DNA from: Bacteroidota bacterium
GTDB taxonomy: Bacteria; Bacteroidota; Bacteroidia; JABEUT01
Length of the DNA stretch: 64,000 nucleotides
NCBI GenBank assembly: GCA_013289475.1
Contig: JABCZW010000004.1
Coordinates: 3,596-67,595 of the forward strand
Reading direction: 5' to 3'
Numbering within the stretch: the first letter of the stretch is position 1; each line of letters begins with the position of its first letter. The notes below the pieces were generated by a model. The model searched no databases. It saw only the letters and a program-made list of their open reading frames with translations, and had not been told where the DNA came from. Shown piece after piece: positions 1 to 9,151 of the stretch. The position numbers and the translations under genes were made by a program.

Positions 1-1132
1 CCCTGAAGAACATAAGATGGGTATTAAAGGAAGTTCTACACGCCAGATATTCTTTAACGATTGTAAAGTTCCGGTAGAGAACTTACTTTCTGAAAGGGAA
101 AACGGATTTAAGATTGCCGTAAATATATTGAACGTAGGCCGTATTAAACTTGCTGCTGCAGCATTGGGTTCTTGCAAAACAGTAATTACCAAAGCAGTGG
201 AATATGCAGGACAGCGTATTCAGTTTGGCCACCCGATAGGTACATATGGCGCTATTCAGCATAAAATGGCTGAACAGGCTATCCGCACATTCGCGAGCGA
301 ATCTGCTTTGTATCGCGCCAGCCGTAATATGGAAGATGTTATTGAAGGCCTTACTGAAGGCGGAATGGAGCATGGTAAAGCGATATTAAAAGGTATTGAA
401 CAATATGCAGTGGAAGCTGCTATTATGAAAGTATTTGGTTCAGAGGTGTTGAACTACGTAGTTGACGAAGGTGTTCAGATATATGGTGGTATGGGCTATT
501 CAGCAGATGCGCCGATGGAAAGGGCATACCGCGATGCACGTATCAATAGGATATTTGAAGGAACCAACGAGATCAACCGTATGCTTACTGTTGATATGAT
601 GTTGAAGCGCGCCATGAAAGGTGAAATTGATTTGATGGGCCCTGCAACAAAAATTGCAGGCGAACTGATGTCGATACCTGATTTTGGCGCACCGGATACT
701 TCGTTGTTTGCTGCTGAAAAGAAATACATACGTAACTTTAAAAAGGCTGCCTTAATGGTTGCCGGTTCTGCTGTGCAAAAGCTTATGATGAAGCTGCAAT
801 CGGAACAGGAAGTGGTAATGAACATTGCCGATATGCTAATTGAAATATATGTGAGCGAATCAATGCAATTACGTGTTGAGAAGCTTGTAAGCATGAAGGG
901 CGAACAGGAATGTGCTTTATTACTTGATATGATGCGTACCTGGTTATTTGATTCTGCTGACAGGATCAATAGGGCAGGTAAAGATGCTATCTGTTCGTTT
1001 GCTGAAGGCGATGAGCAACGTATTATGTTATCGGGCCTTAAGCGTTTTACCAAGACCGATGCATACAATACCAAAGAAGCGCGCCGCAGGATTGCAACTA
1101 AGATGATGGCTGAAAATAAATATTGTTTCTAG
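1..1132 (+). CDS. acyl-CoA dehydrogenase family protein, C-terminal part (5' end outside window)
   Basis: The frame is open from nt 2 (PEEHK precedes the tracked Met at 17). GIKGSSTRQIFFNDCKVPVENLL, YGGMGYS and RDARINRIFEGTNEINR are typical ACAD middle and C-terminal motifs. Confidence 0.85.
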   Translation, partial: PEEHKMGIKGSSTRQIFFNDCKVPVENLLSERENGFKIAVNILNVGRIKLAAAALGSCKTVITKAVEYAGQRIQFGHPIGTYGAIQHKMAEQAIRTFASESALYRASRNMEDVIEGLTEGGMEHGKAILKGIEQYAVEAAIMKVFGSEVLNYVVDEGVQIYGGMGYSADAPMERAYRDARINRIFEGTNEINRMLTVDMMLKRAMKGEIDLMGPATKIAGELMSIPDFGAPDTSLFAAEKKYIRNFKKAALMVAGSAVQKLMMKLQSEQEVVMNIADMLIEIYVSESMQLRVEKLVSMKGEQECALLLDMMRTWLFDSADRINRAGKDAICSFAEGDEQRIMLSGLKRFTKTDAYNTKEARRRIATKMMAENKYCF

Positions 1133-1135
1133 TAG

Positions 1136-2917
1136 ATGATAGAGCCAACACGCTTATTTGATATTCCGTATTACCAAAAAGAGAAATATCCTAAGCAGGA
1201 TTCTCTTGTAACTAAGGTTAATGGTACCTGGACTCCCTTCAGTACAGATGAGTTTATTCAGAACTCTGCCAAGATGAGTTATGGCTTTATGGCAATGGGC
1301 CTTGTTAAGGGCGATGCTATTGCTACTATCTCTTCTAATAATCGTCATGAATGGAATTTTGCCGATATTGGTATGTTGCAGATTGGCGTATTGCATGTGC
1401 CTGTTTATCCTACAATCAGCGATGCCGATTACCAATTTATATTTAATGATGCAGGAGTAAAATATGTTTTTGTATCTGACGAAGCGCTTTATAAGCGTGT
1501 AAAGGAGATCGTAAAGAATATTCCCGCTATAAAGCAGGTTTATACTTTTAACCAGGTAGCCGGTGCCGCGCATTGGTCGGAGGTATTGCAATTGGGTGAG
1601 AAAAACCCTCAGCCTGAAAAACTGGAAGAATTAAAGAAAGCAGTCACTCCGTCTGATATTGCAACACTTATTTACACATCGGGTACAACAGGTACTCCTA
1701 AAGGTGTAATGCTTTCGCATAATAATATTGTGAGCAATTTAATTGCATCGCATCCTTATGTACCGATCAGTTCTACAGGCAAGGCATTGAGCTTTTTGCC
1801 ACTCTGCCATATATACGAACGTATGCTCAATTACCTTTACCAGTATTCAGGCATATCTATATACTATGCTGAAAGTATTGATACCATTGGTGATAACCTG
1901 AGGGAAGTAAAACCAAATGTATTTGTGGCCGTGCCTCGAGTCATTGAAAAAATATTTGATAAGATAATTGCCACCGGAAATAAGTTGACAGGTATTAAGA
2001 AGTTTCTTTTCTTTTGGGCTGTTGGTATAGGGTCGCAGTATGAGCACTATGGAGCAAATGGCTGGTGGTATAAAATGAGATTGAACATTGCGCGTAAACT
2101 TGTTTTTAGTAAATGGGCAGCGGCAGTAGGTGGTAATTTAGAATTAGTTGTTTCGGGTGGTGCCGCACTCCAACCGCGACTGGCCCGCATATTCTGGGCA
2201 GCACAAATACCAATACTGGAAGGCTACGGGCTAACTGAGACTTCTCCGGTAATAGCCGTAAATACATTAGAGCCAAACAGTGCACATTTTGGCACAGTTG
2301 GACCAATACTGCCAGGTGTGATAGTTAAGATAGCAGAGGATGGAGAGATATTATGTAAAGGACCGAATGTTATGCAGGGTTATTATAAGCGCCCTGACAG
2401 TACTGCAGAAGCTATAGATGCGGAGGGTTGGTTTCATACCGGGGACATCGGTGTAATGGTAGATGGAAGGTTTTTAAAGATAACAGACAGAAAGAAGGCT
2501 TTACTTAAAACTTCCGGTGGAAAATATATAGCGCCGCAGCCTATTGAGAATAAAATGAAAGAGTCGCGCTATATAGAGCAGATTATGGTAGTAGGCGATG
2601 GACAAAAATTTGCAGGAGCATTAATTGTTCCAAAATTTGCTGAGCTTGAGCCCTGGGCCAAAGCTCAAAATATTACATATTCAAGCAAGGAGGAGCTTAT
2701 TCAAAACAAGGCAGTACTTGAGTTATACAGGTCCGTAATTGATAAATATAACCTGAACTTTGGCCATGTAGAACAAGTGAAGAAGTTTGAATTACTGGTG
2801 AAAGAGTGGAATGTTGCCGATGGAGAAACAACTCCTAAACTCGACCTGAAGCGCAAGGTTATTATGGAAAAGTACAAGGCCTCGGTAGATAAAATTTACC
2901 ATAACCACGAAGAATAG
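1136..2917 (+). CDS. long-chain-fatty-acid--CoA ligase (AMP-dependent synthetase/ligase family)
   Basis: 593 aa. Carries the AMP-binding signature IYTSGTTGTPKGVMLSH and GWFHTGDIG. Starts 3 nt after the ACAD stop. Confidence 0.88.
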   Translation: MIEPTRLFDIPYYQKEKYPKQDSLVTKVNGTWTPFSTDEFIQNSAKMSYGFMAMGLVKGDAIATISSNNRHEWNFADIGMLQIGVLHVPVYPTISDADYQFIFNDAGVKYVFVSDEALYKRVKEIVKNIPAIKQVYTFNQVAGAAHWSEVLQLGEKNPQPEKLEELKKAVTPSDIATLIYTSGTTGTPKGVMLSHNNIVSNLIASHPYVPISSTGKALSFLPLCHIYERMLNYLYQYSGISIYYAESIDTIGDNLREVKPNVFVAVPRVIEKIFDKIIATGNKLTGIKKFLFFWAVGIGSQYEHYGANGWWYKMRLNIARKLVFSKWAAAVGGNLELVVSGGAALQPRLARIFWAAQIPILEGYGLTETSPVIAVNTLEPNSAHFGTVGPILPGVIVKIAEDGEILCKGPNVMQGYYKRPDSTAEAIDAEGWFHTGDIGVMVDGRFLKITDRKKALLKTSGGKYIAPQPIENKMKESRYIEQIMVVGDGQKFAGALIVPKFAELEPWAKAQNITYSSKEELIQNKAVLELYRSVIDKYNLNFGHVEQVKKFELLVKEWNVADGETTPKLDLKRKVIMEKYKASVDKIYHNHEE

Positions 2918-2933
2918 ATAATTTTCCTTTAAC

Positions 2934-4049
2934 TTATTGAATGTATTTGCTCAATGCCTTTTTAAGGTATGAGCTAATTGGTTTTTCATAAAACCGGAAA
3001 CATAGTTCTGCGAACAGAAATACCAGGAGTATTACAAGAATAGGTATGTATGGTAATAGATAGCTTGAAGTAATTACCTGTGCGAGCTTATTAATTAATA
3101 ATACGCCCACAAATTGATGAATTAGGTAAATGGTATAAGAAATAACTCCTATACGTTGTATTGCTTTTATTTTAAGGAACCCAAGGTACCGGGGCTTGAA
3201 TGTAAATAAGGCAAATAAGATGCCATATACTAATAGTATTATAATAATTGACCAGTTAAAGGTTACGGGATGCTGGGTTTTATTAAGGGTGAAATGGTGG
3301 TATTCAAAGAGAATTAATATGGCAAAAACGGGTATGTTCCATTTTGCCAGTGGTTTCTTGAAAAATAACGCGTAAGACAACATACCCATCGTGAAGAACA
3401 AAATATAATCGGAAAGTAAAAAGTGAGTCAGGAATAGGGTGAGGAAGTTATTATCAGGGAAGAAATTATCGTGCAATGCCAAAATAATTGTAATAACGCT
3501 GGAGAATAATATCCAGTTTGAGATGAATTTGGTTTTGTTTATAAAGTAAATAAGTCCCGATAAAATGTAAAATGTTACTTCAATAGGTAATGACCAGTAA
3601 GAGCCATCTATATAGGCAATATTTCTATTGGGCATAATATCGTTCCATATTTTAGCATTTGTAAAGGTTAAGCTGGGCAGGAAGCCAAGGGAAGAAGGGT
3701 GAAAAATGGGGTAATTATGATCCTTATCCATAAGCATAACGCAGACATAGGTTATAACTGAACATAGCAGAATAGACGGAAAGAGCCGTATCAATCTTTT
3801 TAAGAGAAACCCGGAATAGGAGACACTTTTTTCGAGTGTATAAAGTATTACAAAGCCTGAGATTATAAAAAAGAAGTTTACACCCAGCAACCCATACTGG
3901 AAATAAGCTGCGCCTGCATTAGTATATGGATAAAAGTTTTGCGTGTAACCGGGAGGGGTCCATCTTGAGTAATAATGAAAAAGAATAACCGACAGAATAG
4001 CAATGAACCTGAAGCTATCCAATATGTCAATGCGGTGTTCCTTATTCAT
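2934..4049 (-). CDS. acyltransferase family 3 (AT3) membrane O-acyltransferase, copy 1
   Basis: 371 aa and hydrophobic throughout. The N-terminal RIDILDSFRFIAILSVILFHY matches the AT3 R...H motif region. Paralogue of 5604-6692. Confidence 0.8.
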   Translation of the reverse strand: MNKEHRIDILDSFRFIAILSVILFHYYSRWTPPGYTQNFYPYTNAGAAYFQYGLLGVNFFFIISGFVILYTLEKSVSYSGFLLKRLIRLFPSILLCSVITYVCVMLMDKDHNYPIFHPSSLGFLPSLTFTNAKIWNDIMPNRNIAYIDGSYWSLPIEVTFYILSGLIYFINKTKFISNWILFSSVITIILALHDNFFPDNNFLTLFLTHFLLSDYILFFTMGMLSYALFFKKPLAKWNIPVFAILILFEYHHFTLNKTQHPVTFNWSIIIILLVYGILFALFTFKPRYLGFLKIKAIQRIGVISYTIYLIHQFVGVLLINKLAQVITSSYLLPYIPILVILLVFLFAELCFRFYEKPISSYLKKALSKYIQ

Positions 4050-4061
4050 AGATCAGTATTG

Positions 4062-5549
4062 CTATATTTTGTTTGAGCGGTTTCTTAAAAGTCCCTTCCC
4101 TAAAATGGTAATAGTATATGCCGCAAATATCAACATAAATGGATATGCAGGCACAAAATATCTTTTTTCGCATACTCCAAGAACTACAGGATGTATAACT
4201 ATAGTGTAAACAACAATAGCGGTAATCATTATAACGGGAGTAACTAAAATACTTTGCCTGAAGAGAATTAGTATGCCTATTGCTCCAAAGCCTATTATAA
4301 ATAGGTAGAATAATGAATAAAGTATTTTAACACAATATTGTACTGTATTTAATTGACTGGTGAGTGTTACAAATAAATTATAAGTTCCGGAATGAACTAA
4401 GAAATGCTTAGTCCGCATAATGGGCGCTTTAATGTAATATAGAAATGGCTTTTCTGTCTTTATTGAGTTAGCATAAAAGAAGCACTTTGTCCTGATTGTC
4501 GCGAGCAGTGATTTCATTTTAACAGAATCCGCATTGGGGTTAGATTCGTTGGATATATAAATGGAGAGTTGTTTCTTTAAAGCCAATAAAGAATCATAAT
4601 TAAATTTAGATGTGTATATATAATCTGGCAGTGATACGCTCCGGTTATGCAATTCGGGCGGTAAGCCGTCTTCTACACCAAACCACCGTATTTCAGCATC
4701 CGGTTCCCAATATTGATTGGCACCACCCCAGCTGCTTACCAGAGTATAAAGTGGAAGATCGTAAGAGTTTGCAATCCTCGGATAATAAAAGGATGTTGCG
4801 GGAATGAATTTGTCATGTTTTAAATAATTTCGGGTTGTCCAGGCTCCATCAATCAAAATCAATGGGAGCAAAAAAGCTAAGAGTTTTGGCATTAATTTCC
4901 CGGATTTGTTTCTGTAAAAGAAAACTAAAATCAGAACGCAGAAAATTAGAAATAAAGGAGCAAATATGGGACGTAGAAAAAATACTTCAGTCAAGAATAC
5001 GCCTGAAAATACAAGGTTGATGTATGTCTTGGATCTATTATGGAGTGCTTTTAGCAGAAAGAATACAGAAAAAATCAAGAAAGAGCATGTGAAACTCTCC
5101 GTAAGCAATGTTGTGTCGAATAAGCTGGTATAGGTACTTATGGCAAATAAGTAGAAGGTTAAATAAAACATGGCTTTCGACTTGAAGATATTGTAGGCAA
5201 TAATAGCGAGGCAATAAACTGATAATGATGCTGCAATAAACTGTAGTACAATAATGATAGTATATGCTATTGTTTTACTGAATAAAAACGCGAAAGGAAA
5301 ATATAGAAGCCCATAACCGGGCATGCGAAAATCAGGACTGTAAGCACCGTGTGTAATAAGGTTATCTATCGGGCTAAAGTATGTGTAAGTATCACCGGCT
5401 ATAACTCCCCTAAAACCAGGTAAGGGGCTAAGGTCTTGCCTGTAAATGAGGAAAATGAAGATAATACTCTTAAAGAAGAACGCTAAGAATATCCAGAACT
5501 GCCACTTGTAAGGGTCTCTAAGGAAAAACATACTTAGCCGGGGTTTCAT
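4062..5549 (-). CDS. polytopic membrane protein, putative GT-C-fold glycosyltransferase (uncharacterised family), paralogue 1
   Basis: 495 aa. After TM1 there is a loop reading GDTYTY..IDNLITHGAYSPDFRMPGYG, then about 8 TM helices, a hydrophilic segment of about 160 aa (WGG, IYTSKFNYDSL) and 3 C-terminal TM helices (RYFVPAYPF). The function is an inference. Confidence 0.55.
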   Translation of the reverse strand: MKPRLSMFFLRDPYKWQFWIFLAFFFKSIIFIFLIYRQDLSPLPGFRGVIAGDTYTYFSPIDNLITHGAYSPDFRMPGYGLLYFPFAFLFSKTIAYTIIIVLQFIAASLSVYCLAIIAYNIFKSKAMFYLTFYLFAISTYTSLFDTTLLTESFTCSFLIFSVFFLLKALHNRSKTYINLVFSGVFLTEVFFLRPIFAPLFLIFCVLILVFFYRNKSGKLMPKLLAFLLPLILIDGAWTTRNYLKHDKFIPATSFYYPRIANSYDLPLYTLVSSWGGANQYWEPDAEIRWFGVEDGLPPELHNRSVSLPDYIYTSKFNYDSLLALKKQLSIYISNESNPNADSVKMKSLLATIRTKCFFYANSIKTEKPFLYYIKAPIMRTKHFLVHSGTYNLFVTLTSQLNTVQYCVKILYSLFYLFIIGFGAIGILILFRQSILVTPVIMITAIVVYTIVIHPVVLGVCEKRYFVPAYPFMLIFAAYTITILGKGLLRNRSNKI

Positions 5550-5603
5550 GGATGTAGCACCGAATGGGGTTTAAATACTCATATATTTTTTTCTGTATGT
5601 TCT

Positions 5604-6692
5604 TTACTGAATGTATTTATGACATATTTTTTTAAGATAGGCGCTTACTGGTTTTTCGTAAAATCTGTAACTAAATTCTGCAAAAAGTAATACCAGTAAA
5701 ATTACTAATAAGGGTATAAAAGGTGTAAGAAATTCCAGTTTGATTATTGCTGAAATTTTGTTGATCAGTATAACACCTGCAAATTGATGAAAAAGATAGA
5801 CAGTATATGAAATTATACCTATCCGTTGGAATATCTTCATTTTAAGAAAACCTAAATAGGAAGGTTTAAAAGCGAATATTGCAAATAATAGAGTTGACAA
5901 AGAGATAATAAGAAGAATGGACCAGTTGTAAGTATAATGATGATACTCATAAAGAATTAAAAAGATAGAAAGTATTACGTTCCACTTTGTTAAAGTCTTT
6001 TTGAAGAAGTAAGCGTAAGAAAGTATGCCCACCGTGAAGAAAATAATATAATCCGCCAGCATAAAATGGTTAAAGAAATCAGTTAAAATGACGTTGTTGG
6101 GGAATACATGAATATGTAATGCATTAGCAGCTATTATTATAGTTGAAAAAACTAACCAGTTTGAAATGAAGTTCTTTCTGTTTGAAAAGTAAATCAACCC
6201 CGATATAAGGTAAAATGTCACTTCAGTGTGCAGAGACCAGTAAGCTCCATCAATATATGCCCAATTTTTATCCGGAAATATGTCGCTCCATATTTTTGTG
6301 TTTGAAAAAGTCAAACCCGGAAGAAAGCCATGCGGTGAAGAGTGAAAGACCGGAAATAGATTGTCTTTATCCAAAAGAATGACCAAAAGGTAGGTTACTA
6401 TGGAACAGAGTAACATGGGTGGAAATAACCGGATGAATCGCTTTATTAGAAAACCTCCATATGTTCCACTTTTTTCAAGTGTATATAGTATTACAAAGCC
6501 TGATATCATGAAAAAAAACTCAACACCAAGGTAGCCGTACTGAAAATAACCGGCATAACTATTACCGTATGGGTATAAGTTTTGAGTGTGAGCCGGAATG
6601 GTCCACCTGGAATAGTAATGGTATAAAATAACAGATATAATGGCCAGAAACCTGAAACTGTCAAGTATGTCAATCCGGGTTTCTTTACTCAT
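5604..6692 (-). CDS. acyltransferase family 3 (AT3) membrane O-acyltransferase, copy 2
   Basis: 362 aa. Collinear with copy 1 from MSKETRIDILDSFRF to FYEKPVSAYLKK..KYIQ. Confidence 0.8.
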   Translation of the reverse strand: MSKETRIDILDSFRFLAIISVILYHYYSRWTIPAHTQNLYPYGNSYAGYFQYGYLGVEFFFMISGFVILYTLEKSGTYGGFLIKRFIRLFPPMLLCSIVTYLLVILLDKDNLFPVFHSSPHGFLPGLTFSNTKIWSDIFPDKNWAYIDGAYWSLHTEVTFYLISGLIYFSNRKNFISNWLVFSTIIIAANALHIHVFPNNVILTDFFNHFMLADYIIFFTVGILSYAYFFKKTLTKWNVILSIFLILYEYHHYTYNWSILLIISLSTLLFAIFAFKPSYLGFLKMKIFQRIGIISYTVYLFHQFAGVILINKISAIIKLEFLTPFIPLLVILLVLLFAEFSYRFYEKPVSAYLKKICHKYIQ

Positions 6693-6695
6693 GTT

Positions 6696-8177
6696 TTAAT
6701 TTGATGAGTGTCTTTTTATATTGCTAATGGCATACGTGGCAAATATTACCATAAAAGGATATGCCGGGATAAGATATCTGAATTCGGGCTGGCGGAATAT
6801 CATTGGGTATGCTATAACAGTATATAATATAATAACTAATAATGTTGCAATAGATAAGTTTTGGAAACTTGTTTTAGCAAGAATAATTATTCCTGCTGTA
6901 CCGAATAACAAAATCATCCAGTAGAATAATGAATATATGATTTTAACAAATATTTGAAAATAATTTAAGGAATGCAAAGGCACATTATTGAATAGATTAT
7001 ATGTTCCTGAATTTGCAATAAATCTTCTTAAGTATGTTAAGGGTGCTTTTACATAATATAGAAATGGGTTCTCTGCTTTTACAGAATTTGAGTATCGTGA
7101 ACTTGCTTCTCTTATTCTGTTAAGTACAACTTCTTTTTTTAGTTGACTTAACTTTGAATCGTCGGAAAGGGTAATGTATTGTTGTACATTGTTACGCAAA
7201 ACCAACAGGCTATCGTAGTTGAATTTTGAAGTGTAGATTTGATCTGGGAAAATATTGTTTTTTGAAGCTGAGGCTTGTTTACCGGCTATGCTATCTTCCT
7301 TCATCACAAACCAATTGTATTGAGAATCCGAAGCGCCCATTGTCCAGTCTCCTCCCCAGGCTTGTATTAATGTAATTAAAGATAGTATATGACTGTTTTC
7401 AAATGAAGGTAGCCAGTGAACAGTTAAGGGATTTATTTCATGGTGTTTTTCATACCGGGATAATGTCCATGTTCCATCAGCAATAATAAATGAAACAATA
7501 AATACCAACGGTTTTATTATAGTAATCTTCTTTTGCGTGGTGTACATATATATCATAATAATTGCCGGGACTATAATTATTAGTGGCGCAAAAGCAGGCC
7601 GTAAGAAGATGGTTTCTGTAAAAAACAGGCCTGAAAGAAAAAGTTTTCGGTTGGATGCAGAGGCTCCTGTTAGAAATTGAGCGAGATAATACATTGAGAA
7701 TATAAGAAAGGCAGTGGCGAAGCTTTCGGTCAATAAAGCATCATCATACATATTTGTATAAGTACTTATGCAGTATATATATAAAACCAGGTAAAAAATA
7801 TTTGTCGATTTAAAAATCATTTTAGCAATTAATGCTAAAGGGTAAACCGAAACAGCTGATAGAATAAGTTGTAGAATAATAACTATATTGCAGGCTACAG
7901 GCTGACTAAAAAAGAAAGCAAATGGCATATATAAGATGCCATACCCTGGCATACGAATATCAGGAGAATAATTACCTTGCTTTATAAAATTATCTATAGG
8001 TTCAAGGTATGTTGGTGTATCTCCACTGGTTAACCCCCAAAAACCTGGTATTGAACTATACTCATGCCTGCATAAAAGAAGAATAAATATGGATGCTTTG
8101 CAAAAGAAAGCAAAAAGTAGCCAAAATTGCCACTGGGATGGCTCTCTAAATAAAAATTTACTGACCTGCCCCTTCAT
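6696..8177 (-). CDS. polytopic membrane protein, putative GT-C-fold glycosyltransferase, paralogue 2
   Basis: 493 aa. Same architecture and motifs as paralogue 1 (GDTPTY..NFIKQGNYSPDIRMPGYG, WGG, IYTSKFNYDSL, RYLIPAYPF). Its 5' end overlaps the epimerase 3' end by 20 nt. Confidence 0.55.
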   Translation of the reverse strand: MKGQVSKFLFREPSQWQFWLLFAFFCKASIFILLLCRHEYSSIPGFWGLTSGDTPTYLEPIDNFIKQGNYSPDIRMPGYGILYMPFAFFFSQPVACNIVIILQLILSAVSVYPLALIAKMIFKSTNIFYLVLYIYCISTYTNMYDDALLTESFATAFLIFSMYYLAQFLTGASASNRKLFLSGLFFTETIFLRPAFAPLIIIVPAIIMIYMYTTQKKITIIKPLVFIVSFIIADGTWTLSRYEKHHEINPLTVHWLPSFENSHILSLITLIQAWGGDWTMGASDSQYNWFVMKEDSIAGKQASASKNNIFPDQIYTSKFNYDSLLVLRNNVQQYITLSDDSKLSQLKKEVVLNRIREASSRYSNSVKAENPFLYYVKAPLTYLRRFIANSGTYNLFNNVPLHSLNYFQIFVKIIYSLFYWMILLFGTAGIIILAKTSFQNLSIATLLVIILYTVIAYPMIFRQPEFRYLIPAYPFMVIFATYAISNIKRHSSN

Positions 8178-9120
8178 TATTAAGCCAATTTATGAATTTT
8201 ACAATGCCTTCCTGTAGTGAGGTGGCAGGAGAGTAATTCAATATTTTTTCTGCTTTCTTAATATTGGCAAAAGTAATGTCAACATCACCAGGCTGCATAG
8301 GCTCATACTTAATAACCGGCTTTTTATTCAAGGCTTCAGAAATGCAATTTATAAGTTCATTGAGTTTTACAGGTGAGCTATTTCCTAAATTAATTATTTC
8401 AAAAACATTTTTGCGTGATGAAACATAATTAAATGAACTATATATTCCGTTTCTTATATCATCTATAAAAGTATAATCTCTTGCAGTAGTGCCATCTCCG
8501 AATAAGCGAACAGGCTTGTCTGTTGAAATAAGTTCAACGAATTTCCTTATAGCTAAATCAGGGCGTTGGCGAGGGCCATAAACGGTAAAGAAACGGAGAT
8601 TTATAATATCAAACCCGTACAAATGATGATAAGTGTGATTGAGTAATTCACAGGCCTTTTTGGTAAAAGCATAAGGTGAAATTGGAAAATCAACTATGTC
8701 ATCTTCCGCAAAAGGGACCTTTTTATTGTTACCATATACGCTGCTCGATGAACCAAAAACCATTTTACTGATTTTATTTTGTTTCATCCATTCTAAAATA
8801 TTTAAGGTGCCTTTTATATTGGTGTCGGTATATGCTTGTGGGTCCATTATTGACGGGCGTACTCCTGCTTTAGCTGCCAGGTGTATAACTACATCTATGC
8901 AAGAAGGAAGTTCCGCAAAAGCTTCCGTATTGACAATATCAAGTTCAATGAAGGTGAATTTTTTGCTGGAAAGGGCAATGGCAAGATTCTGTTTTTTCTT
9001 ATCCTTACTGTAAAAAGGGTCGAAATTATCTATGCCTACAACTTCATGTCCCTGGCTGAGGAAATACTCAGAAACGTGGCTGCCAATAAAACCTGCGCAT
9101 CCTGTAATTAATACTTTCAT
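8158..9120 (-). CDS. NAD-dependent epimerase/dehydratase (extended SDR, nucleotide-sugar epimerase type)
   Basis: 320 aa. Rossmann motif GCAGFIGSH at the N-terminus and the catalytic YxxxK (YAFTKK). Confidence 0.85.
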   Translation of the reverse strand: MKVLITGCAGFIGSHVSEYFLSQGHEVVGIDNFDPFYSKDKKKQNLAIALSSKKFTFIELDIVNTEAFAELPSCIDVVIHLAAKAGVRPSIMDPQAYTDTNIKGTLNILEWMKQNKISKMVFGSSSSVYGNNKKVPFAEDDIVDFPISPYAFTKKACELLNHTYHHLYGFDIINLRFFTVYGPRQRPDLAIRKFVELISTDKPVRLFGDGTTARDYTFIDDIRNGIYSSFNYVSSRKNVFEIINLGNSSPVKLNELINCISEALNKKPVIKYEPMQPGDVDITFANIKKAEKILNYSPATSLQEGIVKFINWLNNEGAGQ

Positions 9121-9151
9121 AATAAACTATAAGGCTTAAAGGTATTGAATT

